DNA of 64,000 nucleotides, taken from Basidiobolus meristosporus CBS 931.73. Taxonomy: Eukaryota > Fungi > Basidiobolomycota. The notes beneath the pieces are model-generated. The model did not search any database. It had not been told where the DNA came from and worked only from the letters and a program-made list of their open reading frames with translations. A program made the position numbers and the translations under genes. Below, piece after piece: positions 21,690 through 34,404 of the stretch (position 1 is the first letter of the stretch; every line of letters begins with the position of its first letter). The stretch lies in the NCBI GenBank assembly GCA_002104905.1, contig MCFE01000033.1, forward strand, positions 124,001 to 188,000, given 5' to 3'.

Positions 21690-22430
21690 TCCAACATAGT
21701 CAAAGCCAAGTTGGACTTGAGAACCTTGGCTAGCATCTGAGCTCTGTTATCTCTAATCACATTACCCACCAAGTTTGGACTGGTCAAAGTTAATGGTCTT
21801 GGGTGCCTTGGCCAATGCCTAAGCGCTGTTGTCTCCAATCCAGCTATTGTACAAGTATAAAGAGGTCAGAGTTGAGTTGACATTGAACACCTCATCCAGC
21901 GCCTGAGCTCTGTTGTCTCCAATCAGTTCGTTGTGCAGGTTCAAAGCAGAGTCGAGTTGGTCTAGAGCGCTTCAATCAGTGCCTGAACTCCATTGCGAGA
22001 GATCAGGTTGCTACCGAAGTACAAAGTGGTCAGAGTCGAGCTGATTCTGAGTGCATTAGCAGTCTCCGATCGAGTTGTTGTGAAGGTACAAAGTGGTTAG
22101 CGAGGGGTTAGTCTCGAGCACCTCAGCCAGCACCTGAGCCCCGCTATTCTTGATCTTTTTGCTGACCAAGCTGAATTGGACTTGAGTGCCAGATTCAACG
22201 CCAGTCCTCCGTCACGTCCAATCTTGTTGCGTACAAATTTAGTGTGGTCAGACCAGAGCTAGTGCTGAGCATTGGATTTAATTGAATTACCCCAAAAGTC
22301 CAATATATGGCCAAAGTTGAGTTGATTTCAAGTGCCTGCCACAGCGCCTGAGCTCCGCTGTCCACAACCCTACACCTTGGCACCATCATACATATTTCAA
22401 AAAGCCTCCAAATCCACCTTTTACGCATTT
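21690..22430 (-). pseudogene. RNI/NLRC3-like leucine-rich-repeat pseudogene
   Basis: ~28-aa units such as GAQVLAEVLETNPSLTTLYLHNNSIGD, GVQALIEAL*TNSTL, RAQMLAKVLKSNLALTML; several stops and frameshifts; limits approximate. Confidence 0.8.
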
Positions 22431-23112
22431 GTGGTCAGGTCTAAATCTCAGTGGTTTGAGCATTAAAACATCTATTTCATTTTATGCTTGCTTTCACTGT
22501 CGCCTTTTTCCTCTTGTCTCCTCATGATATTCCACACTTCTATAACAGCTTTGGAGAATGAAAGTAGCAAGTTTCGGTGTATCACATACAGAAAGTATGT
22601 CAAAGAAAACTTGATACGTGTCAGCATTGCTATGGAATCAATTCCAAAGTAGGCAAGAACGAATCCATGTGGTTTCCCAGAATACGGAATTCAGCCTGGC
22701 AGAATTACCGACACGGGCCATCGCAAACATTCACGGTTACTGTTTCATTTTGTTTGGGTTGAAAGAAGATGACCTTCGTAGAAGGCCACTACAAAAATTA
22801 CTTTCCCGACTTCTTCAAGTCGTGAAAGTGGGGTATTGGTAGTAGTTTTCAATCAGCAATAACCCAACCTCAGTTGAAACTTCACAGGTGTGGGTATACC
22901 AATGCACAAGGATGTCGTACCCCGATGCAGGTGGGGGAATCTTTATAGCGAGCGGAGATTGACCGATGTTTATGGGATTCCAGAGGGGGCCGAGAAATCG
23001 ACCATGAGATTTGTTTCACCCGAGCTGGAACTGGGGACGGGGGACGGGGGATCGATTTCTATCGTGTCCCTTTTCAGCCTTCCACCGGCATTCTTACGCA
23101 GATTTTTTCAAC

Positions 23113-25782
23113 ATGCCACCTAAAGGTTGGCGCAGAGGAAAAGACGACGACTTGGATTCGGTCACCACCGGGATGGAGTCCGAGATTTACCCCGAACCCG
23201 ACCTTAACCCTGGTCAGAGTGAACAGGCTCAGAGCCTACGGTACACCTCCGTCCCCATCGCAACCTTGCTGCAAACCCGTAACGTGACCTCCACCTACCT
23301 ACGTACGGAGAAAACCTACCTGTTGCCTCCGGAAACGAAGTCGGAACCGATGGCGGTAGAGACCGAACCGGTACGACACTCGAGATCCGTTTTCGGTCAC
23401 TCAACCCGGATTAACCTTTGCTAATGTTTACAGACTGATGAGATGGAGGTGGATTCGGAGGAGAAGGAGAAGGAGACCCCGATCTCCGGTGTTTCCGAGC
23501 GCTCGGAGGAAAGTGAGGAGGAGGAAGAGGAAGAGGAAGAAGTAGAGGAGAAGATCAGTGGGCCTGGTTCCGACGTCATCGTCATCCATCCTGGCTCCCG
23601 GTTTTTGCGTATTGGACGCGCCATCGACGCGTTTCCAAAGCAAATCCACCATTGTTTAGCTCGACGCATGAGAGTACCTATGTCGCCCCCGCCTTCGAAC
23701 ACTTCGGCCACTGGAAACGAAGGCGTGGTTGGCGGTAAACCGGGGACTGAGCAAAGCGGGGAAGCCGAGAGCGATGAGGAGGTATGCTGTTATGATATTC
23801 GCACCCGCCACGATCATTTAGGCTTACCCTTTCTCTAGGAGGATGACATGAAAGAGGACCTGTCCATCATTGAGGATGAGCTCAAGCAACGCATGAAAGC
23901 GGCCAAGAGACGCTCTGTGTACAACGCCAGATCTCAGGTCCTTTCCTTCAACTCGTCCTCAACGCCGAAACCATTCCTGATCACAACGACCCCTACAAAG
24001 TCGAATGGACGGATGTCTCTTCAGAACCCGAGTGCTTAATTGGCCAAAAGGTGATTGGCCACTTTACCCGTCGCACACGAGCTGCGCTAATCGAGCATGA
24101 CCATCCCTCTAGGCCTTACGCATACCTCAGCTCTATCCGAACTATCGACTGACCTATCCAATACAGAATGGAGCCTTCAACACACACGACTACACCTCGG
24201 TGAAAGAGGTGGTGGCAGACCTGGAAGCAATTTGGCGCATGGCGATCGAAGAAGAGCTGGAGATAGCAGCCAAAGAGTTCCCGGTATGCTCTGCGGCATC
24301 TCTTTGGATGGATGGTGGGGCTAACAAGTTTTGTAGAATTACAACGTTGTTCTGGTCATCCCTGACCTGTACCAGAAAGCCTACGTGACGGAGTTGGTAA
24401 ATATGCTGCTGAACGATATGCGCTTCAAAGGGGTCCTGATCCACCAGGTAAGGTGTAGACCGCGTTACCAGGTCAGGCCGGAAGATTAACATCTGGTCTA
24501 GGAGTCCGTCATGGCGACGTTTGGCGCGGGAATGTCCACAGCGTGCATTGTTGATATTGGTGCGCAGAAGATCAGCGTGACTTGCGTCGAGGATGGGATG
24601 TGCATACCAGATTCCAGGTTGGTGCACTGGTTGTCTACATCGCCGGTAATGAATGTGCTAACAGAAGATGACAAGGGTGCGTCTGAACTTCGGTGGCGAC
24701 AACGTGACCACTTTCTTCATGAAGTTGCTCAAGAGAAACCAATTCCCTTACTCGGAGTTCGATATGTCCCACTACTATGACTGGCTTTTGGCTGAGGAGC
24801 TTAAGGAAAAGTACTGCACCATGAGCGAGGTAGGGAGATGCTAGATGGTAGTCAGATAAGGTAGCAGCAGCTAAGCTTTCTTTTAGGCCGAGATCAGCGT
24901 TCATGTGGCGGATTTCTTCGTCAGAGTGCCGAACAAGACCGCTAGAAAGTATCAGCTGAAGCTTTATGATGAAGTCATCTTGGCGCCCATGGTAAGTCCA
25001 CCATGTCACTCATTCTGGGTGAATCCATCACTTAATCCCACATCCAGAGCCTGTTCTTCCCACAAGTACTGCACGTGGAGTCCCCTGCCAAGCCAAACTA
25101 TCTATCATATCCAGCCGACGATGGATACGACGAGCTCATGGACAAACCTATCTCGGTTGGTTCCCTTTGATGCGTATCTTCCATACACTGACACTAATCG
25201 AGTCACTAGAATGGCCCCTCGACACCGTTTTCCAAATCAAAGATAATGAGCGCCAATTCGGCCGTTTCTTCACCCCAACCCTTTACTCCACAAAGCAGTA
25301 CGATGGACGGCGTCGACACCCCCATATCAATTGCCGGCACAAGCGAGAAGGACGAAAGACTGTACGAAATCACGACCCCCGAAGAACAAGTGATCGGCCT
25401 GGACAGTGCAGTCCTAAAGAGCATCAGTGATTCTGGATTAGGGGAGCACAAAAGGCTGTTCACGAGCATTGTGTTTACGGGTGGTGGCGGCTTGATCAAC
25501 GGATTTAACAGAATGTTGGAGGACAAGTAAGTATGGTTTCGAGCTTCTCACCCTATTACATGGTCATTGATGAGCATCCACAGAATTCAAGAGGCCAGGC
25601 CAGGCCTTGAAAAGGTAGAAGTCCTCCCTGCACCTAGAGAGATTGATCCCAGATTATTGTCGTGGAAAGGAGGCTCTGTATTTAGCAAGCTTGACTCTGC
25701 CAAGGAACTATTCATATCAGAGTGGGAGTGGAGACATTTGGGAACCCGAATTCTCAGAGAAAAATGTTTATTCGTTTGGTAG
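23113..25782 (+). CDS. ARP8: Actin-related protein 8 (INO80 complex), multi-exon
   Basis: IVIHPGSRFLRIGRAIDAFPKQIHHCLARR, ATFGAGMSTACIVDIGAQKISVTCVEDG, PREIDPRLLSWKGGSV...REKCLFVW*. Confidence 0.92.
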
Positions 25783-25935
25783 TTGCTTTTTCTGCGTCAG
25801 TCACTCGACCCTTTGTAGATGTATACATTGAACCCACATTGAACCCTGTACCTTTTAACAAAGCCCCTCGTTTTTTGAATAAATGGCCTGCTCATTCGTA
25901 GCCATCCGATCCTCTATGACTGGGCCGATTGTTCG

Positions 25936-26521
25936 TTAGTCGACTTCAGGAACTGGAAGTGGTGTGTGAATCTGGATACAAGTGGTGAGCACGATATTGT
26001 GAATACTATGCTACGAATGGTGCCCCTTTACCAGTTCCGACGCTTGAAGCCAGTCCATCGCTTTGATAACTGCGTTGTTCGAGGGGGTGGGTTCAGTATC
26101 ATGAGCCCAGACTTGGAATTGCTCAAATTTCCTTGTCGCGCGCCATGTCCGCCCCTCCTCTTCGTAATTTTTGGCTTCTCTAAAGACATATCCTAGGATA
26201 GATATGTTTAGTCGGTCAGAACGCGAATACCCCAGCGTACTAACAGAACAGTACCTTTGTAGCCCTCGGGAAGTGCCACATTCGTAGCCTTCAGCATGCG
26301 GCCGCGAAAGCTGGAAGTGCTACCTTAAGCTACACATATTAGACTAGGCAAGGGGAACGGCTCCTCAGAAAAGCTACTCTACCCGATTCAGGCTCGGTGG
26401 TTTGTATGAAGAACCCCTCGACCTTGGCAGCCCCGTCATATTCTATCTTACAGGGTAGCAAGTGTAAACCATTGCTAGTTTCGGCAGTGTTCACTGAGTC
26501 CGCGGAGATGTGGATATCCAT
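25936..26521 (-). CDS. RNASEH2C: Ribonuclease H2 subunit C, multi-exon
   Basis: LHLLPCKIEYDGAAKVEGFF, FRGRMLKATNVALPEGYKG, AVIKAMDWLQASEL-IH. Confidence 0.85.
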
Positions 26522-26747
26522 GCTCACTTCTTTCTCGTGGTGGGAAAACGAGCAACGGCCACATCGCCGAATCCAATGCGTGATAAAATGGCCCATGTTT
26601 TTATTTGGATGCGAGGAATACATACTGCCGATCCGAATTGGCTGGGCAGTGATGGATTTTCGGGATCCGTGAATTTCATAATGAAGCTAGCTGAATTGGA
26701 ATCGCCGAATCATCCTTTCATTATTCCCAAGCCAATCTTTCGTCAGC

Positions 26748-28118
26748 ATGTCCGAGACTAATAACGAGGGGTCTTTCCTGGAAGAAGTTCCTTCGGATGT
26801 TGAAGTAACCCCGGTTTGGAACGAGCACTCAGCTGTTGCAACAGTCGAACTCATATCTTTCTTTCACCACAGACCCTGGAGCTCACGCATTCAAGAATCA
26901 CCGACCTCCCAAGTTTGGGTTTAGACCGATTCAAGCAGCTCAAGGTTTGCCAAGAATTCGAGCCTCGAACACCTCCCCAACAGACTCTCACGCACATTGA
27001 ATCTCATACAGTCCCTGTGTTTCCGGCAAAACTTGATAGAGAAGATCGAATCCTTGGACGAACTTGTACAGCTGGAAGAACTCGATTTCTACGACAACCG
27101 ACTCTCACGCATCGAGAACCTGGAGACTCTTGTGAACCTGGAGTAAGAGCATCTCCTTCGACCCCCTTCCTGAAGCCTGTCGCTGAAACCCATTTGCTTT
27201 CAGAACGCTCGATTTGTCCTTCAACGGCATCAAGCACATCAAGAATCTCGAGAACCTCACCAAGCTGGTAAACCTGTATTTCGTGAGCAACAAGATCGCA
27301 AAGATCCAAGGGCTGGATACTCTTGTGAATGTCACCAACCTGGAGCTTGGCGCCAACCGGATTAGGGTATATGGGCAGGGTTTCGTCGCCACAGTGGATC
27401 ACCCTTTGCTAACCCGTCAGATCAGACCATCGAAAACCTAGATTATCTAGTTAACCTGGAGCAGCTCTGGCTGGGTAAAAATAAGATCACCCAATTCCAG
27501 GTAACTGCGCCTGTGTCACTCCGTTCAAACAAGCATCTGTGCTAATGATTGTCTCCGCTGCAGAATCTGGGCGCGCTACGAAACCTGAAGATCCTTAGTA
27601 TTCAGAGCAATCGATTGACCAAGATCGAAGGGTTGGAACAGCTGGTCAATTTGGAGGAGCTCTACCTGAGCCACAACGGGGTTGAAAAGATCGAGGGACT
27701 AGAGAACAATGTATGTATTCCAATACCCCCACTGTGTCGTTGATCTTTGGTAACCTTTCGTACTAGACGAAGCTTAGGGTTCTGGATGTGTCCAACAACC
27801 GAGTGAGTAAGCTGGAGAACCTCTCACATCTGACGCAGCTCGAGGAATTCTGGGTAACAGCGAGCATTGAACACCCCGAAGCGGGCCCAAGCTAATGTCC
27901 AGTTGATCGATCTCTAGGCTAGCTACAATCAGATCTCCTCATTTGAGGACTTGGAGAGCTGCTTCCGCAACACCACCACCCTAACGACCGTTTATCTCGA
28001 GGGAAACCCTATGCACAGGGAAAATGCCGCCACTTACAGACTGAAGGTCAAGCTGGCGCTACCCAATCTTGAGCAGATCGACGCCACCCTTTGTAACACC
28101 TCCACCTCTCCCCGATAG
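26748..28118 (+). CDS. SDS22: PP1 regulatory subunit Sds22 (PPP1R7), multi-exon
   Basis: SDS22-type LRRs (IKNLENLTKLVNLYFVSNKIAKIQGL, LEELYLSHNGVEKIEGLE); LRR cap YLEGNP..YRLKVKLALPNLEQIDAT. Confidence 0.9.
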
Positions 28119-28340
28119 ATATGCAATGTATCAAGACATTAAACCATTAAACTGTTTTCATGCACTGAAATCAAATCAACATTTAGCCAAGATACGGGAT
28201 CAATGAAAAAAAGTGTGCGTTTTTTTTTCACCGAAAATGGAGGAAAAATTTCCGCTCAGTTAGGCCAAGTGGTGGATTTTAAGCGTACTCTAGTTGCTCA
28301 CGTTAGTTCGTTTTCCCCTTCTCTCGTTTATTCTCTCAAC

Positions 28341-28598
28341 ATGCATTTGATGTACTATCTCGGTTCCGACGGCAAGCGCGTCTACACCCTCAAGAAGACC
28401 ACCCCCACCGGTGGAGTCACCAAATCTGCCCATCCTGGTAAGCAACCACTCTACACCCACCACCCACCTGCCGCTAGGTACTAACTTTCCCTTCCTACAG
28501 CCCGTTTCTCCCCTGACGACAAGTTCTCCCGTCACCGTGTCACCCTCAAGAAGCGTTTCGGCCTTCTCTTGACCCAGCATGCTGATTTCGAGTTGTAA
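28341..28598 (+). CDS. NOP10: H/ACA snoRNP protein Nop10 (one intron)
   Basis: [19 protein letters not shown]...[30 protein letters not shown]. Confidence 0.95.
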
Positions 28599-28978
28599 AC
28601 GAGCTACCTCGTTGAATTTTTTTTACTGCGAGAGCACCGAGGGAGAGGATCACAACGTCCGCACGGGGGCTGATGGTTTATTCCTTGGCGTTATTTCGAT
28701 ATCAGGAATACTGAATTGAAATTGTAAACTTTTTCCTCCCTTTGATCGATAGAGTACACCACACAATAAAGTACCAATTTTTTTTTGTTTCTGACAAATC
28801 CACCGGGTTCGTTCAAGTGGCGAGGTGAGATGGGCTGGGAAGGGATGCCAGTGAGGGGAGGGAGGAGAAGGGTAGTGTTGCGAAGGTGAAAAAGGGCACT
28901 CAAAAAATGGGAAAAATCGCTACGGTGGCATCCATTAACCACCCATATCGCACCTGACCCCCTTCTCCTGCTTCACCA

Positions 28979-29698
28979 ATGTCATCCATCAAACCAACGT
29001 GGCTAGCTTATGATTGTTCGTATATACTGGCAAATATCGGCTCCAAGGTTAGGGTCACGCTGAAGGAAGGGGGCATTGTCGAAGGAGGTCTTTTCAACCT
29101 TGACCCCAGCACGTACAGTTTATTTCTGATACAAAAGGTAAGCCGCAACTTAGGTATTGTACTTTCGTGGGTGGTGGGAGTGGCTGATCTGGGCTGCTTT
29201 AGATTCCCGACGAGACGGCGGAGTCGAGCAAGGGGAAAGTGCTAGTGATCTTGGAACACGCGGTGGCAAACTTGGAAAGTACGGGGTAGATTTGGTGGTG
29301 GATACGCTGGACAAGAAGGGTTAACCGTTTTCTGCTTCAAAATAGTTTTGGAAGGAGAGACACTGTTTTCGTCTGACCAGCTGTCTTCTCTGCTTCTGGA
29401 GGAAGTTGCAAAGTATGACCTGGGCAGCTCAGAGCTGGAAAGAAGGAAGGCGATACTAATGGAGCATCTCAAAGAGGTACTCCCACTCTTCATTCACTCT
29501 TTCCAACCTCACAACCTCACAACCTCAATATAATCCCTGTAGAGTCGAGTGCCCGCTATTACCACGCCTGAGGACCGGACCGTGCATATTATGGATAGCG
29601 CCCATGTGGACCCGCCCTATATTTCTACTTCAGTCCGATGCGATAACGATGTAGTGAAACAGAGAGTCCAAAAGATACTCACTTTCATAGAGTACTAA
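28979..29698 (+). CDS. GEMIN6: Gemin6-like Sm-fold protein with C-terminal AD-like domain, multi-exon
   Basis: KVRVTLKEGGIVEGGLFNLDPSTYSLFL; C-terminal HIMDSAHVDPPYISTSVRCDNDVVKQRVQKIL. Confidence 0.6.
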
Positions 29699-29834
29699 AT
29701 GATCGATTGATCCCAAAGATTGATCCCAAATAAACCTACCAATGATGAATTTTATTCCATAACACAAGCATACAAGCCTCCCTATTTACCCTTCGTCCCT
29801 GTTTCTTCGTTTTCCTTGCCCACCCAAGCTTGAC

Positions 29835-31101
29835 ATGACATTGACAGCTATCTGGGAGCTGGGCTTTGGTTCCCGGCCCATTTTGCCCACCGACAACCGC
29901 ACCTCCGAAGCGGACGTTCAGCACGTAGAGAACGAAATCCTCACCTCCATTGGCTTCTACAACACCCCCAATGAGAGTAAAGGTAAGCCGGCACACGCCG
30001 TAAGCCACCCTCGCCGTATCGTATTTGACTGAGTTCTCTAGAGCAGTATGAGAATATCTTCGGCCTCACCTCTGCGGTGACTTCTCTCGTGTTCAGCTCG
30101 TTTCTATCGTATCCCTTTATATCGATCCGAAACAGACACCAAGTACAGTGCTAAATACGGCCACAATAACGCACCATTCCCCCTCCTAACGTATCTCTCC
30201 CAAGGTGTTCCCTACCAAATCCCCCACATCCAACCATCCCTTCCAGAATCTGTCCGTCCTGAAGGAGGTGATACGTAAAGAAGGGCTAAGATCTTTGTGG
30301 GTCGGTTATGGAGCAGGACTTCTCTGTCAGAGCGCCTTTGTTGTGTACGAGACGGGTTGCAACGTAGTGAGTGTCACAGGTAACCGACTCCGCAGTAAGA
30401 GCGATTTCCCTCGTCGGGTTTGGGACTTGGGCATGGCTAGGTAAATGATAGCGTACAGGCCAGGAATTTGCGAGGCGAAAACTCACCCATATTTATCAAG
30501 TGTCCACTTCCTCCTATACATCCCGCTCTATCCATTCTACCGCACTTCGGTGTTGTTGCGCTTGGGCGGATACGAGGCCAACCGGCTGACGAGCAAAAGC
30601 GAAGTCACCAGCATCAAGAGGTTGACGTTGGATTTCTGGGGGAGCTTGCTTCGCCCGCGCGTCGACAGGATACCATGGACCACTCTGACCAGCGCCTACA
30701 TCCATCATTATATATTCGATTACGTCCAGGCAGCATGTCACCTGAGATTCTGCCGTCTTCTCCTCTCGACCAAAAAATCCAACAAGCGAGAAACCATGCT
30801 GCACAGCTTCTTCCCGGAGTTGGTGTGTGTCGTTGGGAGTCATCTGCTGGCTAGACTGATCACCTACCCCATGGAGACCATCGTCTACTCCTTGATCGCC
30901 CAGGACGGTCGTCTCACGGATACCAAATACACCAGTTTACTCCATTGCGCCCTCTCGATCTGGCGTGAGCGAGGATGGAGGGGGCTTTACTCGGGAATGA
31001 ACGGGTTCTTTGTCGAAGCTTGCGTGAGTTGGACGGTCCTGGAGGGGACATATTACATCTACACCGCCACCGCCAACTTTCTGGATTGGGTTTATCGCTA
31101 G
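29835..31101 (+). CDS. Divergent mitochondrial carrier-family protein (SLC25A46/Ugo1-like), multi-exon
   Basis: YPFISIR, VIRKEGLRSLWVG, TYPMETIVYSL, IWRERGWRGLYSG carrier motifs. Confidence 0.7.
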
Positions 31102-31249
31102 ATCGTGTGCATTGCCCGTTAATAAAAGAAATCGAATTTATTAATACGTCTAAATGGAATGTTTATGAAGTTGTTGCATGGGATGTGGGTGTGGGTGTGG
31201 GTGTAGGTGTAGGTGTAGGTGTGGATATGCAGTTGTGGGTGGGTGGTGA

Positions 31250-32128
31250 TCAGTCCATCTTCTCAGTGGCACCCAAGGTCTGTATATCTTTCACCGTGGC
31301 ATAGCTGCGGTTATGGTACACGAGTGGAGCATCCCCAGCGTCCGAGGAGTTGTTTTCCACCTGAACCACTTCGCCCATCCAGACCTCATGATCACCCACG
31401 TTCAACACACGCTCCGTGGTGCAATGCAATGTAACGAGATTTCCGTTCAAAATTGGGTTCCCGTGGGGGCAGATACTGTGTGGGACCATTTCGAACGGAT
31501 CCTTGGGAAGGTTTGGGGTGGAGAAGGCGCGGCTGCATCGGACTTGTTCGGTGCCAAGTATGTTGACCACGAACCTGTTGGACTCGTGGAGGGTCTTGGA
31601 GAAACGGGACGGTGGCTTGACGCAAAAGGAAATGATCGGTGGTTTCAACGAGACTGAGGTGAACGAGCTGAGGGTGATGCCGACTTTCTCCGAGGGGTTT
31701 TGCGGATGCGCCGTTGTAACTACCACCACTACGGCGAGGTAAGAGGAGATCGGGGTTGGGTTAGGCCGGTGTCTTTCGGGAAGCGTGAAATAGGAATGGA
31801 AACTTGAGTTGAGCCTACCTGAAGATGCGAAATTGCGAAGAGCCAGACGAAGCTCTTGCGCTGTTGAATTGGTATCTAATAACAAGGGTTTCGGTTAATA
31901 GCCTGGTTTTGTAAAGTTTAGTATCCATTACAAGCTGCTCTTGGCAAAGTTGAGGGGGTAGTGAGTCAACTTGCACATACCAGTGTTGGCATTCTGAAAA
32001 CTGTTGGCAGCAGCCGTATGGATCGGGTGACTCCTACAGGAAGGGCGAGGGTACAGTGAATTCAACCAGAACTTGTGTCGAGGTAGACACGGCCTAGAGA
32101 GGGCCACAACACGGGTGAAAAGCGGCAT
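31250..32128 (-). CDS. Flavin reductase-like domain protein with probable mitochondrial presequence exon
   Basis: GITLSSFTSVSLKPPIISFC, GDHEVWMGEV, PLVYHNRSY; Arg-rich N-terminal exon at 31980-32128. Confidence 0.85.
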
Positions 32129-32381
32129 AGGTTGTTGGGGAGGCCGTTGCTTGGGAGTATCTCAGTTCAATGTTCAAGGGAAATAATAAGGAGCCATCGA
32201 AGATTTTGCTCTCGGATAAATTGGAAAAGTCCCTTTTGATTTATGACCCCAGGCTGCGTGGATTATTATATCATTCAACGGATCGATTTGACGATTTATT
32301 ACGGCCCTAATCTCCCATATTTCCATTGGAGACATGCTAATTCTGTGTTCATCTCACTAGTTTCCTATATTGCCCCTACAC

Positions 32382-33814
32382 ATGGCTAGTCTAGAGACAG
32401 CACTCTCCCGAGCAGCCACCGCATATTATCAAGCAGGAGACTATCTATCCTCCCAAAAATGTTTACGTGAATTGTCGGCGTTACGTCAACACAAGGATGT
32501 CAAAGTGTTGCACAATTTAAACTTGACTAACTATTTGTTGGAGAGCACAACCCCTTCCATCGCCAAAGTCACCACCTCTTTTCAAGCACTGATTACTACC
32601 CCAGGACCAGAAATCCCGACCGAAGGTGGTTTCTACGACTGGTGTAGAAAAAGAACCCTCGATCTGGCCGTAACCAGATACAATATTGCCGTGTTGACCT
32701 TTCAACAACGTCGGTTTGGTGAGTGTATTGAGCTGATCACCTCCATACTTCGGGAAACCGGAAATGGCTACTGGTTGAACACGGCCATACGGCAGAAGTT
32801 TTTGTGGCTCTTGGTGGATGCCTATTTGAATATTTCCCAAGGCGAGAAGGCCGAGATGATAGTGAAGGAAATCGAAAGACTCCTCTCGGAAGAGGAGCGA
32901 GCGTTGCCAGACAATGCGCCCACGTCAGCCGAGTCAGGTGGCAGAGTTGAAGATTTATGGTTGGCGAAGCTCACTAACAACTCCAGCAAAGAGGCCCTCC
33001 TGGAAGGAGACCAAAAGCAAGCAAAGGAGATCTTATCGGCCATAACGCCCCTTGGAGAATCCGAGGCCCAAGGGCGAAAGGTCAAGTTAGCCTTTGATAA
33101 CGCGAGGTATAGAGTCGCGCTGACTCGGGCGTACATCTCCATATTGCAAGGGAATTACGACTCGGCTGGTGTGCAGTTGAATCGATTACTTCCCCGAAGC
33201 TTCGACGAAGACCAAAAGAGCGTCGACTACAACGACAACCAGCTGGAACGATATCTCACTGCTGCCTACCTGGCTACCAGGATAGAGTATGCGAAGGGGG
33301 ACATGGCGCGGGCTGTGGATCTATTGGAGACGTGTCGCATCATCCACGGCCGCATTCGGTGCCCGATAAAGGCGAAGAAGTTTCAGCTGTGCAGACAAAA
33401 CAACCTTGGATGCATCGCTTTCTGCCAAGGGGAAGTCAAACTGGCACGAGGGTTATTCTCGGCCGTGCTGATTGAAATAGAGGATGCTCTCGAAAGCCAT
33501 GAAGAGGAGTCGACTGGTTAGTGTCGTCACTGTCGTCATGGTGCAAAGATATACTCACGCATGATTGTTTAGTCCTCAAAAGGGATCTGGAATTCTCGCA
33601 TGCAACCTACCTCCAAGCATTGCAGAACTTTACCCTGGCCAGCTTGATGTGTAACGAGCCGAAGCAAATCGATGAATGTTTTGAAAAGATTGCCCGCTCC
33701 AAAGTTTGTCCCAGAAACCCCATGTTCTGGTTAAGATGTGCCGAGGGCCTGCTCTATTCCCATGCAGTTAAGGTAGGACCGATCACCGTCATGACTCAGA
33801 GGAGAGATCATTAA

Positions 33815-33854
<40 letters not shown>

Positions 33855-34080
33855 GCAGCAATCTATAGCCCATCGCGTTGTTGAGCTTGCCAGGGCGGCC
33901 AGCTATGTCGAAAACGCGCTGGTGTTACTGAATATGATGACAGAGGAGGAGATCAACCAAATCCAGAAATGCTCCGCCAATCTACGTCAATTCTCCATCG
34001 CAGCGCGAGCCTATTGTGCTTGGGAACTGGGAGACAAAGCCACAGCCAGAAATCACCTCAGCAAGCTAGATGAAGATTGA
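32382..34080 (+). CDS. CNOT10: CCR4-NOT subunit 10-like TPR protein (an upstream exon is possible)
   Basis: AYYQAGDYLSSQKCLREL..DVKVLHNLNLTNY, QNNLGCI, RNPMFWLRCAE, AYCAWELGD; introns ~33517-33572 and 33772-33852 restore the frame. Confidence 0.72.
33816..33850. repeat. (CA)n microsatellite abutting an intron 3' splice site
   Basis: TTAAT(CA)n CAG directly visible. Confidence 0.95.
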
Positions 34081-34092
34081 AAATGTAAATAC

Positions 34093-34148
34093 CAAGCTAA
34101 TAATAAAGCAGCCTAGCACACAAGCTAATAATAAAGCAGCCTAGCACA
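34093..34148. repeat. 28-bp tandem duplication
   Basis: CAAGCTAATAATAAAGCAGCCTAGCACA x2. Confidence 0.9.
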
Positions 34149-34187
34149 CATCTCCATGGAAGATAATCAGCATCTGATCTGGCCCAT

Positions 34188-34267
34188 CCATCATGAGCAA
34201 CCACCGAGTCAGTACTTTCGATTGAATCCATCGTGAACAACCACCGAGTCAGTACTTTTGATTGAAT
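34188..34267. repeat. 40-bp tandem duplication
   Basis: CCATC(A/G)TGA(G/A)CAACCACCGAGTCAGTACTTT(C/T)GATTGAAT x2. Confidence 0.9.
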
Positions 34268-34404
34268 AGGATTGATTAAACGGGTGGATTATGCGCGACG
34301 GAGTTTCGTATTGGCTGGAGCTCGGTTGGGTCCAATTTGGGGGTGATTCCCGAACCACTATTAAACGAGCCTCTACGCACCATTGATTCTTCACCTCGAT
34401 TAAG

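Noticed and set aside
21690-22430. CRISPR-like or other nucleotide repeat array
   Set aside because: The periodicity is the 28-aa LRR coding repeat, and the context is eukaryotic
22577-23110. Small ORFs or a possible ncRNA upstream of ARP8
   Set aside because: No recognisable protein motif, snRNA/snoRNA box or tRNA fold
31185-31226. (GTGTGG/GTGTAG)n hexamer run, and the similar CTCACC run near 40790-40820
   Set aside because: Ordinary short microsatellites between convergent genes; too short for interstitial telomeric arrays
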